20,000 nt of DNA from an uncultured virus (IMG/VR IMGVR_UViG_3300005239_000324) (IMGVR_UViG_3300005239_000324); one strand, 5' to 3'. Numbered from the stretch's first letter, positions 10,772-19,820 are shown. Made by a program: numbers and translations. Notes: generated by a model not told the origin, from the sequence alone.

Positions 10772-11679
10772 TTTATTTCACAACCGTCTGCACCGCAAGC
10801 AATCTCTCCAGCAAGATCTGTTTCATCTTCTGTTTCAACGATCTTACTAAGATCAACATCTTTAAGATGTGTCATTGCCATGTCATATTGCACTTTGCTT
10901 ATATCTTCAAATGGTGCTTGAGTATAAGTACCACCATCATAAGGAAGTACAGATAAACCGTTATAATGATCTCTATTTTCCCACATCCATTTTCCAGCTT
11001 GATCCCACTCTGTTTGCTTTAAACTAACAGTAGCTGAAACATTATGAGTATTAGATCCTTTTCTATGACCAGGCTTAACCCATTCAGTAGCCACCTTCTT
11101 TATTCTTTCAAGTAAATCAAATGGTGATTCATGTCTTAATATAGAATTTTTAGGTGCTTTCTGTGGTATACTAATCACAGCAGTATCATGAGGTCTAAAA
11201 AACTCATCTTCAACTAGCTCAGGATGATTTGCAATTAAATACTTATACATAGATTCGTTTTTACCAACTCTGATTCTACGCGTATAATAATCATTATGCC
11301 ATGCATGAATACCAGATGAAGTTCCTAATGCCAGAGATGTCGTCCCAGCAGGCTTCACGGTTGTACATCTTGCAGCTGGATTAATACCAATGGCTTTAGC
11401 TGTCTTTGTATTCTCTCTTTTTACTATACTTGCAGCGGCCTTCATATCCAACGGCAGCACAGCGGCACTCGCGATTCCTGTCATTGATACACCGATAAGG
11501 GCGTCCTTCTCTGTCGTATCTCTCCATACATCTCTTAAATAATGAAAGTCAGTGTAACCAGCTTGTAGTGTACCTATAAAGCTTGCTTTTCTAACTCTAT
11601 CGTTAAAGTCCTCTTGTGATTCAATATCACTAGCATTTACCTCACATAAGTTACAAAACTGAAAAGGTCTTAATGCTAT
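10768..11679 (-). CDS. nrdJ: Ribonucleotide reductase, class II (adenosylcobalamin-dependent, monomeric RTPR-like), C-terminal part, 5' truncated
   Basis: The frame extends upstream of the track's Met to the gap: IALRPFQFCNLCEVN...FIGTLQAGYTDFHYLR...DALIGVSMTGI. Also TTVKPAGTTS, HNVSATV, YNGLSVLP, YTQAPFE and a C-terminal CGADGC redox pair. The NPCxE active-site motif would lie just beyond the gap. Confidence 0.85.
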   Translation of the reverse strand: MALRPFQFCNLCEVNASDIESQEDFNDRVRKASFIGTLQAGYTDFHYLRDVWRDTTEKDALIGVSMTGIASAAVLPLDMKAAASIVKRENTKTAKAIGINPAARCTTVKPAGTTSLALGTSSGIHAWHNDYYTRRIRVGKNESMYKYLIANHPELVEDEFFRPHDTAVISIPQKAPKNSILRHESPFDLLERIKKVATEWVKPGHRKGSNTHNVSATVSLKQTEWDQAGKWMWENRDHYNGLSVLPYDGGTYTQAPFEDISKVQYDMAMTHLKDVDLSKIVETEDETDLAGEIACGADGCEIK

Positions 11680-11700
11680 NNNNNNNNNNNNNNNNNNNNA

Positions 11701-13112
11701 AAATTAACAAAAGAAGAAGAAGTTAGATTTAAAGAAGCTCAAGCTTCTTTGTTTTTATTATACGAAAACCAAAAAAATAATCAAAAAGATTTAGAACTAG
11801 AAGCTGAAAGATTACTTACTAGTATTAAAACTTTTGAAGAGAAAAAACGTGGAGAAAAAATATCACAAGCCGAGTTGTTTAATGTTGCTTTTAAAGAATA
11901 TGGTTTAGGTGATATAATTAAAAAAGATTTTAACGATGCTACAGCTCAATTACTTTTAGCGGTTCCTACTTTAGCGAACTCTGATTGGGCTATTGAGCAG
12001 CAAAGAAAGCTAGACGCTAAAGAAAAAACGTTTGAAACGCCTTTAACTTACGATCAAGCTTTAGAACAAGATCAAGGAGGAAGATTTTTATTGAGAACAG
12101 GTGCTCAACAAGCACCTAATATGATATTGGCTATTGGAACTGCTGGAGCTGGAAATGCTTTAGGTCTTTCTAAAATAGCAACTCAAATAGCCGTAGGTTC
12201 TCAATTTGGAGTATCCTCTGGTGCTGATAAATTTAGAAGGTTAGAACTAGGCACAGAATTGGTTGAAGCCGCTAAAAGTCAAAGAAATCAAATACAAGAC
12301 GCTTATGATCTAGGTTTTATAGATGACAAGAAGTATAATAATTCAATGCTAGAAGTTAATAAAGTTATAGCTATGAATGATTTAACTGATGATCAAATAA
12401 TTGGCGCATCTATAGCTACCGGAATAATAGAAGGTACTTTTACTTCGTTTTTAGGTACAGCACCTAACTCTTTAAAAGCTATTAAAGATTTTTCTAAAGG
12501 AACTAGAACATTAGCTGATTACGCATACAGCTCAAGGTTAGCTCAGTTTGGATATGCAGGTAAAGAACTCGGTAAAAGAGTTGGTTCAGAAGTATTAGAA
12601 GAAGAAGGTATATTTTTTGGTGATCAAATAGTTAGTGAAGGTTTAATACTCGGTAGAGATATGGACTTTAGCCAATGGGATGATACTGCTGTCGCTGCTA
12701 TAGTTATGTCAGGTGCTATGAGTGGACCAGGTGTTGCTTATTCAGCAATGGCTAATAATACTGCTGGTAAAAAACTAAAGGAAAACATTGATGAAATAAA
12801 TAAAGAAATAGAAGGTTTTAGTTTAGCTTTAAAAACTGAACAAGATCCTGAAATAAAGGAAATAATAACAGCTTCTATGTCTCAAAAACTAAAGGACTTA
12901 AGTGCTCTTACTAATGGTTTAGAAGTTGAAATGATAGCTTTAGGTTCTGAAAACCAAAAGAAACTATTAGCATTTAACTCTGTAGAGAATAGCATACTAG
13001 CCGAAGCTGGTGTTAAACCAACAGATTCTGAAACAACTAAAAATGAAAAAATACAGATTTATAGAGATAACTTAATAAAAGAAGGTAAGAAAAATAAAGC
13101 TGAAGATTTTGA
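11701..13112 (+). CDS. Internal fragment of giant virion protein with Gly/Ala-rich hydrophobic segments
   Basis: The whole contig is open. ILAIGTAGAGNALG, IIGASIATGIIEG, EVLEEEG and AVAAIVMSGAMSGPG are typical of large ejected podovirus proteins. The fusion to the LamG part in the track is a gap artefact. Confidence 0.65.
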
Positions 13113-13134
13113 NNNNNNNNNNNNNNNNNNNNGT

Positions 13135-13992
13135 TACGAGCCAACAGATGCAGACCCAACTCCAACTATTACTGGTTTAACTGGTGGTACATTTAGTGCT
13201 GGTAGTGGTTTAGTGTTTGTTGATAGTGGAACAAATACAGGAAGTTCTACTGGTGAAATAGATTTAAGTGCTTCAACTATTGCGAGTTATACTATTACTT
13301 ATGACACTACTTCAAGTGGTTCAAGTGTTTGTCCAAATACATCTACTCAAACTGTAGAAATTGCTTTAGCTGGAATTGCTAATAATTACAGTATGAATTT
13401 TGATTCTGCCAGTTCAGATTATATTGATGCTGGAACATCTATAGGTGATTTAATAGGAGATAATTATGCTGGTTCTTTAACTGCTTCTTTATGGTTTAAA
13501 AGAAGTTCAAATACTTTAGGTGGTTTAATTACTTTTACTACAAGTGGTTGGGGTGAGTTTACTTTAACAGCACCATCTTCTAACGCAATAAGGTTTGCTA
13601 TAAATAATGGTACTTATTATTTAGACTATAATAATTCAAATGGTTATACTTATGATACTGATTGGCATCATTTAGCAGTAGTTATGACGCCAAACGGTAG
13701 TGTGACTGATATAAAAATGTATTTTGATGGCCAACCACTAACAATAACACCGACTGGTACATCACCTACTCCAAGCGATTTAGATTTTGCTGGTAAAAAA
13801 TTATTTATAGGAACTTGGGATGCGACAAATTATTCTTTTGATGGCAAACTTGACGAGGTAGCAATATGGAACACAGCTCTAACATCTACACAGGTATTGG
13901 AGATATATAACGCAAAAGGAACTAATTTAACTAAAGATTTAACCACAGTATCAGGTTCAAACCTAAAGTACTGGAATAGAATGGGAGATTAA
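13135..13992 (+). CDS. C-terminal part of an Ig-like repeat + LamG domain protein (5' truncated)
   Basis: DPTPTITGLTGGTFS...TGEIDLSAST...YTITY...CP module, then NYSMNFD...SLWFK...WHHLAVV...FDGKLDEVAIWNTALT, ending WNRMGD. Confidence 0.8.
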   Translation, partial: YEPTDADPTPTITGLTGGTFSAGSGLVFVDSGTNTGSSTGEIDLSASTIASYTITYDTTSSGSSVCPNTSTQTVEIALAGIANNYSMNFDSASSDYIDAGTSIGDLIGDNYAGSLTASLWFKRSSNTLGGLITFTTSGWGEFTLTAPSSNAIRFAINNGTYYLDYNNSNGYTYDTDWHHLAVVMTPNGSVTDIKMYFDGQPLTITPTGTSPTPSDLDFAGKKLFIGTWDATNYSFDGKLDEVAIWNTALTSTQVLEIYNAKGTNLTKDLTTVSGSNLKYWNRMGD

Positions 13993-13993
13993 T

Positions 13994-15445
13994 ATGAGTA
14001 CACAGTTTACAAATAGACAATGGCGTTTGCCTAACAATGAGAATAAAGACAAGCAGAGTAACTATTCTATGGACTTTGCAAGTTCAAGAGTTAATTTAGG
14101 TACATCACTTGATTTAGGTATAAACTCTACTATTTCACTATGGATGAATAGCAATGGATATGGTGCTGTTGTTTTAGGGGAAAATAGTTATGCAAATGGT
14201 TATTTAATGTATTTAGATGGAGCAGATATTTATATAAGGATTAATAGTGTTGTTAAAACTTTTGCTCATTCAATGGTTACAGGGCAGTGGTATAATATTG
14301 TAATTATAAGGGAAGGAGATAGTATAGAAGTTTTTCAAAATAACACATCTTTAGGAACACAAACAGGGTACGGCACAAACACAAATACTTTATTTGACAC
14401 ACTTGGAGCAAAAACGACTGGAAATTACGATTATAACGGCAAAATAGACGCAGTATCTATTTTTAATTACGCTCTTACAGACGGAACAGGTGGCTCAGTA
14501 AATCAGATTGCTGCTCTTTATGGTTCAAGCTCTACTGGTATAGGTAATCCAATGAGTTTATCTCCAAAGCCAGTTGCTTACTATCCTTTAGGAGACCAAG
14601 ATGCTTTTAATGGAGCAGATTATTTAGTACCTAATAGTTCTTTGAAAGATTATGTTTTTGATTTTAATCCTTCAAATAGTAATTATATAAATTGTGGAGA
14701 TAGTGATGATTTTTCTTTTGGTGATGGTACAACTGATTCACCTTTTTCTTTATCTGTTTGGGTTAATATGACTGATGCTACAAAATTTAGAATATTAAAT
14801 AAAGCACAGGGTACAAGTGCTGGAAATACAAAAGAATATTTATTTTCTACTGGTGGTGATGATAAAATTATATTTTATTTATATCAAGATAATATTTCAA
14901 CAACAAGAATAGGTCAAAAGTATAATGGAGCAGCTTTAACAAGTTATGAAGGGCAATGGATACATCTTGTTGGAACTTATGATGGAAGTAGTAGTGCAAA
15001 TGGAATAAAAATATATTTAAATGGAATACAAGTAGATGATACTCCAGTTACAGGAGCATATACCGCTATGCAAAACACTAATGAACCTTTTGTTATTGGT
15101 CAGTTAACAAGTGACTATGCTAATGGAAAGATATCAAACGCTCAAATATTTGATACAGCACTACCAGCAATAGGTTCTAACTCAGTAGAAACTCTTTACA
15201 ATAATGGTTCTCCACTTACTTCAATGAGTGGATTTACTTCTTTACAAGGTTGGTGGAAATTAGATGCTTCTGCTACTTATGATTCATCAACTACAACTTG
15301 GACTATCCCAGATGACAGTACTAATTCTAACAATGGCACAAGCTCAGGAATGACACAAGCCAATTTAGTTCAAAGTGATTTAAGTTTTACAAGTGGTTAC
15401 TCTCCTTATGCTTTAGATTTTGATGCCGCGAGTGGTGATTATATA
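13994..15445 (+). CDS. Multi-LamG domain protein, 3' truncated
   Basis: Starts 1 nt after the previous stop (MSTQFTNRQWRLPNNENKDKQSNYS). Two full LamG cores and the start of a third (YALDFD). Confidence 0.8.
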
Positions 15446-15466
15446 NNNNNNNNNNNNNNNNNNNNA

Positions 15467-17419
15467 AGCATAGTTCAAGACAGCAAGACTAAAGAAGTTA
15501 AAATCTCTGACACTTACAAGCAAGCTTTAAGAGTTAATTATAAAAATATAATAAAATCTTTACCTGTAAGTATTATTAGAAAAAAATACAACAAGCTATT
15601 TAAAATAAATAAAATAGGTAAAGAAGATGTTAAAAAAGTAACTGAAGAAGGTAAAGTAACTAACTATAGATTAGATATACTTGACATATCAGAACCTGGT
15701 TTAGAAAACTTTATTAACTTCTTTACAGAGGGTGGTTATACAACTCTTAGAGCCAGACAAAGATCTATGGTTGACAATATAGCTAAAGAGCTAGCTGCTG
15801 TTTCTTTGTTTAGCTTAAATATACAAGAAGATTCTTTATCAGATTTATTTGAAGGTTCAGACACTGAAACTCAAGAAAAAGTTGTAGAATTTGTATTTAA
15901 AAATGCTGCTAAAAACATTAAGGATTTTTTAACTAGAGAAGTTGGTGAACAAAGATCTATGGATGTAGTTAAATTTTCTGCTGATTTAAACATACCACAA
16001 ATAAACTCTTTTGCAAATAATACTAGTTTAATTATACAAAAATATAAAGAACTAGCTAAACCTAACATCGAAGGTGAATACAGACCTACTCAAAAACAAT
16101 TAGAGGAAGTTTTAACGCTAACTTTAATGATTAATGAAAATAAAGCATTTTCTGGATTAAAAGGAATAGACGCTATTAATAGTCTTGCTAAAAGCTTAAG
16201 ACTACCTCTTCAAAAAATGTTAAAGAATTTACCTAAAATTGAAAACATAGATCAAGCTGAGTTTTTAATCACAGGTATAGAGCAAGAAATAGCTAGTATA
16301 AACCTTAAGAAAGTATTACAAGACTCTGGTGTTGAATTAGATGAAGACTTTAGTTGGGCTGAATTAAACAAGGATGCTGATCATTTAATAAGAATGAGAG
16401 ACATAGGTTCTGACGCTAATAAAAACTACTATAAAAAAGCTAAAGACAAAAAACAAGCTTTAATAAATATATGGAAGTGGGATCCTAACCATCAAGCAAC
16501 TGCTGGTGCTAACAGTTTTATAAGTAGAAATCAATTTTATCCTAATAAAAAACAATATGTTGATTACGATTTTAATCAAATAGATCCTGAAAACGTAAAA
16601 ATAATATATAAAGATAATAAAAAGTTTGAAATAGAAAGCGTTAAAATATTTAAAGAAACTATAAGTGCTAAAGAATGGGGTATACTTACTAAAGTTCCAG
16701 CTCAAGAAGCTACTAAAACTGTATCAAAAAATGGTGTAAAAAGTAAAGTTGCAATACCTAGAATCAAGTTTGAAGAAGATTATAATGAAAGACAAGAAGC
16801 TGCTTTATCTGCTTGGAAATTTATGAATGCTAAACTAGATTATTTAAGTAAAAATACTAGTAAACTTGAAACAGCTTCTTATTTGTATACATTAGCTCAA
16901 GCCAGCATGACAACGATGCTAAAAGCTGCAGCTCCTGTAGAATATTATTATGTAGGCCCTAGTTTTGGAGCTAAGCTTAGGTACGAGCATATGTTACCAA
17001 CTAATTATGTCGTAACTGAGTTAGGTAAAAAATATATTAAAAACGAAGATATTGACTTAGAAAAACTAAGAAAACAATATAAAGTAGCTATCATACCTAT
17101 CGAAATGGATGATAATTTTAATTATCTACTTAAAGATTACATGCCAGCTAGTTACACTTTAGACATGGATAGTGATGCTAGATACTATAACAACACTCAT
17201 TTAGGTATGGACAACATGTTTCCTATAAAAAGTTTAGATCCTAAAAAGCAAAAAGAACTTCCTGTAGGTCAAGACTGGGTTGATGTTAATAATGCTTATA
17301 TAGCTGCTAAAGAATCAACTATAGAAGAGTTTCCAAGAAGTATTAAACCATCTTCTGATATAACTATAAATACTAGTGAAGTTATTGGTTATGCTAAAAC
17401 AGTTGATGAAGCTTTAAAA
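15467..17419 (+). CDS. Internal fragment of giant virion protein with putative His-Me-finger-like EHxxP...RY domain
   Basis: The whole contig is open and K/E-rich. KFSA linker at 15971-15982, YEHMLP at 16982-16999, RY at 17180-17185. Confidence 0.6.
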
Positions 17420-17439
17420 NNNNNNNNNNNNNNNNNNNN

Positions 17440-17724
17440 TGGTGGCAGTTAGGTGAAAACAGTTCTTTTGATGGAAATAATTGGTTATTCGCAGATGAAA
17501 AAGGAAGAAACAATGGAAGAATCTTAAATATGACAGTAAGCGATTTAGTAAACGGCGTAGGTACAACAGCTAATGGAGTATCAAGTGGAATGTCAGAAGG
17601 TAATTTAGTAGGTGATGCGCCATATAGCACAGCTAATGCAATATCAAGTGGAATGGTATTGTATCAAGAGTTACTGGAAGTGGCAATACCCCGTAAAAAA
17701 GAATTAAAACAAGTAAATATATAA
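17440..17724 (+). CDS. C-terminal end of a LamG-family protein (5' truncated; true stop possibly 17696)
   Basis: Frame open from the gap: WWQLGENSSFDG...NGVGTTANGVSSGM...LVGDAPYSTANAISSGM. This is homologous to WWRLGENAYF...RVGDAPLSVANSQSYNM in 7966-9375. Confidence 0.7.
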   Translation, partial: WWQLGENSSFDGNNWLFADEKGRNNGRILNMTVSDLVNGVGTTANGVSSGMSEGNLVGDAPYSTANAISSGMVLYQELLEVAIPRKKELKQVNI

Positions 17725-17739
17725 ATAACAAGTAATTAA
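17705..17739 (+). promoter_or_regulatory. Putative phage promoter/regulatory motif (two AACAAGTAA copies)
   Basis: TAAAACAAGTAAATATATAA (17705-17724) and TAACAAGTAATTAA (17726-17739), similar to 1141-1161. Confidence 0.3.
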
Positions 17740-17756
17740 CAAATAACAATTAAACA

Positions 17757-17999
17757 ATGGCAACAACTTATGTAGTAATTAACTTATCTGATACAAACTC
17801 TGTTTTGTTCAGTCAAGTAAACCAATCTTCTGCTCAAACAATGAGAAGAAACGTGGCGAATACGCAAGGTGTTTTGTCTTTCCAGGTAGAGCCTAGCTTT
17901 ATTACAAACGGTTCGTTGACGCCTGTTGGGACTTACACCCATGAAGAGATACTAGTTTTACTAGCTACTCCAGAATGGACACCTGCAGATCCTGAATAA
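17757..17999 (+). CDS. Small hypothetical phage protein next to LamG genes (possible fibre chaperone/accessory)
   Basis: Complete 80-aa ORF with an A-rich leader, ending YTHEEIL..L.TPEWT. Confidence 0.7.
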   Translation: MATTYVVINLSDTNSVLFSQVNQSSAQTMRRNVANTQGVLSFQVEPSFITNGSLTPVGTYTHEEILVLLATPEWTPADPE

Positions 18000-18028
18000 G
18001 GAAAAAACAAACAATCAAATCAAATCAA

Positions 18029-18277
18029 ATGAAAATTAAAGAAGAAGAATTAAAATTAATTCAAGAACAACAAAAACAGCTTAATGAATTAGTTCATAAC
18101 ATCGGATTATTAGAAAGCCAAAAACATGGATTACTTCATGAAATAGCTGGAGTTAATAAAGAAGTTGAAGATTATAAGGAAATATTAGAAGCTGAATATG
18201 GCGCTATTAATATTGATCTTGAAGATGGTACTTACACTGAGATAAAAGAAGATGTCGAAGGTAATAAGGAAGATTAG
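18029..18277 (+). CDS. Small coiled-coil hypothetical phage protein
   Basis: Complete 82-aa ORF with a heptad-like helix followed by LEAEYGAINIDLEDGTY. Confidence 0.75.
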   Translation: MKIKEEELKLIQEQQKQLNELVHNIGLLESQKHGLLHEIAGVNKEVEDYKEILEAEYGAINIDLEDGTYTEIKEDVEGNKED

Positions 18278-18479
18278 TATAGGTTCTGACTATAAGAACG
18301 ATGCAATGCATTATTCAACTGGTCAGGAAGTATATGGTGGACATACTATTAGCGATATTCTTTTTGAAGACAAAGACCAATCATATAATATTTTTATAAC
18401 TAAAAATAATGAAGTCTTACCTTGGAAAAAGTTTAATGCCAATATGTCAATATCTGTAGAGTATGATCTTAAGTATTAA
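18252..18479 (+). CDS. Conserved hypothetical phage protein
   Basis: Complete 75-aa ORF (IRKISIGSDYKNDAMHY..GQEVYGGH...LPWKKFN.NM.ISVEY). Overlaps both neighbours (TAATG coupling at 18477-18481). Confidence 0.75.
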   Translation: MSKVIRKISIGSDYKNDAMHYSTGQEVYGGHTISDILFEDKDQSYNIFITKNNEVLPWKKFNANMSISVEYDLKY

Positions 18480-18669
18480 TGCAAAGCTTATATTATTTTA
18501 TTGTCAAACCTTTAAATGATAGGTATGACAATACAAGAAGAGTTGCTGATACTGATCTTATTATCAATAGTGGTATTGAAGATCACAGATTTATTAGTAA
18601 AAAAGCTGTAGTTGTTTCAACACCTGCAGCTTATACTACTAAAATAAATATAGGTGATGAATTATATAT
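18479..18669 (+). CDS. GroES-like (chaperonin-10 fold) phage protein, 3' truncated
   Basis: FIVKP...LII...KAVVVSTP....I.IGDELY matches the GroES pattern (xVVxP...GII...GxVVAVG...VxxGDxVx). Confidence 0.55.
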
Positions 18670-18689
18670 NNNNNNNNNNNNNNNNNNNN

Positions 18690-19820
18690 AAAGTTGGACA
18701 AACAGTTGTTATAAGTAAAGATGGTACAGGTTCTATGAAATGTAGAGTTGAATCATTAGGGGCCACTGCTGGTGGTGGTGCTGGTGTAGCAAGAACTCAA
18801 GTTCTTAATATACTACCTTATACTAATGCTGATTTAACTACTGGTGCTCAAGGTATATTTGGAGCTGGTAATGCTGTAACTGTATTTGTTTACGGTTCTG
18901 AATTTGCTAAAGGAAGTGATGACAATGGTTTATCAAGTATAGAACCTGAGTTTACACAATTTAACAACAAACCTATCATACTAAGAGATAAGTATGTTAT
19001 TAATGGTTCTGATGCTGCTCAAATTGGTTGGGTTGAAGTTGCTACTGAAGACGGTGCATCTGGATACTTATGGTATTTAAAAGCTGAGTCTGAAACAAGA
19101 TTACGTTTTGAAGATTATCTTGAAATGTCAATGGTTGAAGCTGAAAAGAAAAGAACTACTGGCGCTAATTTACCTACAGTAGCTGTTGATGGTTCTGAAG
19201 GTTTATTCGCAGCTGTAAGCGATAGAGGTCACGTTATGGACGCGTTTGCTTCCGCTGCTGGTGGCGTAGGCGCATTAGCTGACTTTGACGAAATACTAAA
19301 ACAGTTAGACAAAGAAGGTGCTATTGAAGAAAACATGCTTTTTGCAAATAGAAAATTAAACCTTGGATTTGACGATATGTTAGGTTCTATTGGAGGTGGA
19401 TATGCTTCTACAGCTGCTGGAGTTGGAGCTTCTTTTGGTTTATTCAACAATGAAGCTGAAATGGCTCTTAATTTAGGATTTTCAGGATTTAGAAGAGGTT
19501 CTTATGACTTTTACAAAACTGACTGGAAATATTTAAATGATGCAGCTACTAGAGGTTTAACTGACGATGTAGAAGGTATTTTAGTTCCTGCTGGAACATC
19601 CACTGTTTACGATCAAATGTTAGGTCAAAATATCAGACGTCCTTTCTTACATGTAAGATATAGAGCTTCTGAAGCTGATGATAGAAGAATGAAGTCTTGG
19701 GTTACTGGTTCAGTAGGCGGAGCTTACACATCTTCTTTAGATGCTATGGAAGTACATTTCTTATCTGAGAGATGTCTTTGTGTGCAAGGTGCTAACAATT
19801 TTGTATTGTTCACTAAGTAA
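18690..19820 (+). CDS. Major capsid protein (crAss-like / Bacteroidota phage type), 5' truncated
   Basis: Motifs VFVYGSEFAKG, NKPIILRDKY.INGSD.AQIGWVE, YLWYLKAE.ETRLRFEDYLE, GSEGLF, MALNLGFSGFRRGSYDFYKTDWKYLND, HFLSERCLCVQGANNF. Followed by a strong terminator. Confidence 0.85.
   Translation, partial: KVGQTVVISKDGTGSMKCRVESLGATAGGGAGVARTQVLNILPYTNADLTTGAQGIFGAGNAVTVFVYGSEFAKGSDDNGLSSIEPEFTQFNNKPIILRDKYVINGSDAAQIGWVEVATEDGASGYLWYLKAESETRLRFEDYLEMSMVEAEKKRTTGANLPTVAVDGSEGLFAAVSDRGHVMDAFASAAGGVGALADFDEILKQLDKEGAIEENMLFANRKLNLGFDDMLGSIGGGYASTAAGVGASFGLFNNEAEMALNLGFSGFRRGSYDFYKTDWKYLNDAATRGLTDDVEGILVPAGTSTVYDQMLGQNIRRPFLHVRYRASEADDRRMKSWVTGSVGGAYTSSLDAMEVHFLSERCLCVQGANNFVLFTK

Noticed and set aside
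7380..15445. Diversity-generating retroelement acting on lectin-like domains
   Set aside because: No reverse transcriptase is present, and I saw no near-identical TR/VR pair differing only at adenines. Paralog similarity is mainly at protein level.
4646..17419. Virion RNA polymerase catalytic subunit
   Set aside because: No DxDxD (DFDID/DxDGD) catalytic motif in a convincing context in the visible fragments. It cannot be excluded in missing parts.
11749..17452. Apparent novel fusions of giant virion protein with LamG domains (ORFs 11749-13992 and 13994-17452)
   Set aside because: The junctions coincide with 20-N spacers and composition changes abruptly there. The frame continuity is coincidental.
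2318..19450. Short minus-strand ORFs (2318-2506, 6048-6551, 7786-7974, 9010-9216, 9087-9305, 9456-9761, 15871-16068, 16460-16705, 17394-17630, 19229-19450) and plus-strand 10714-10956
   Set aside because: They are antisense shadows of well-supported genes with no recognisable motifs.
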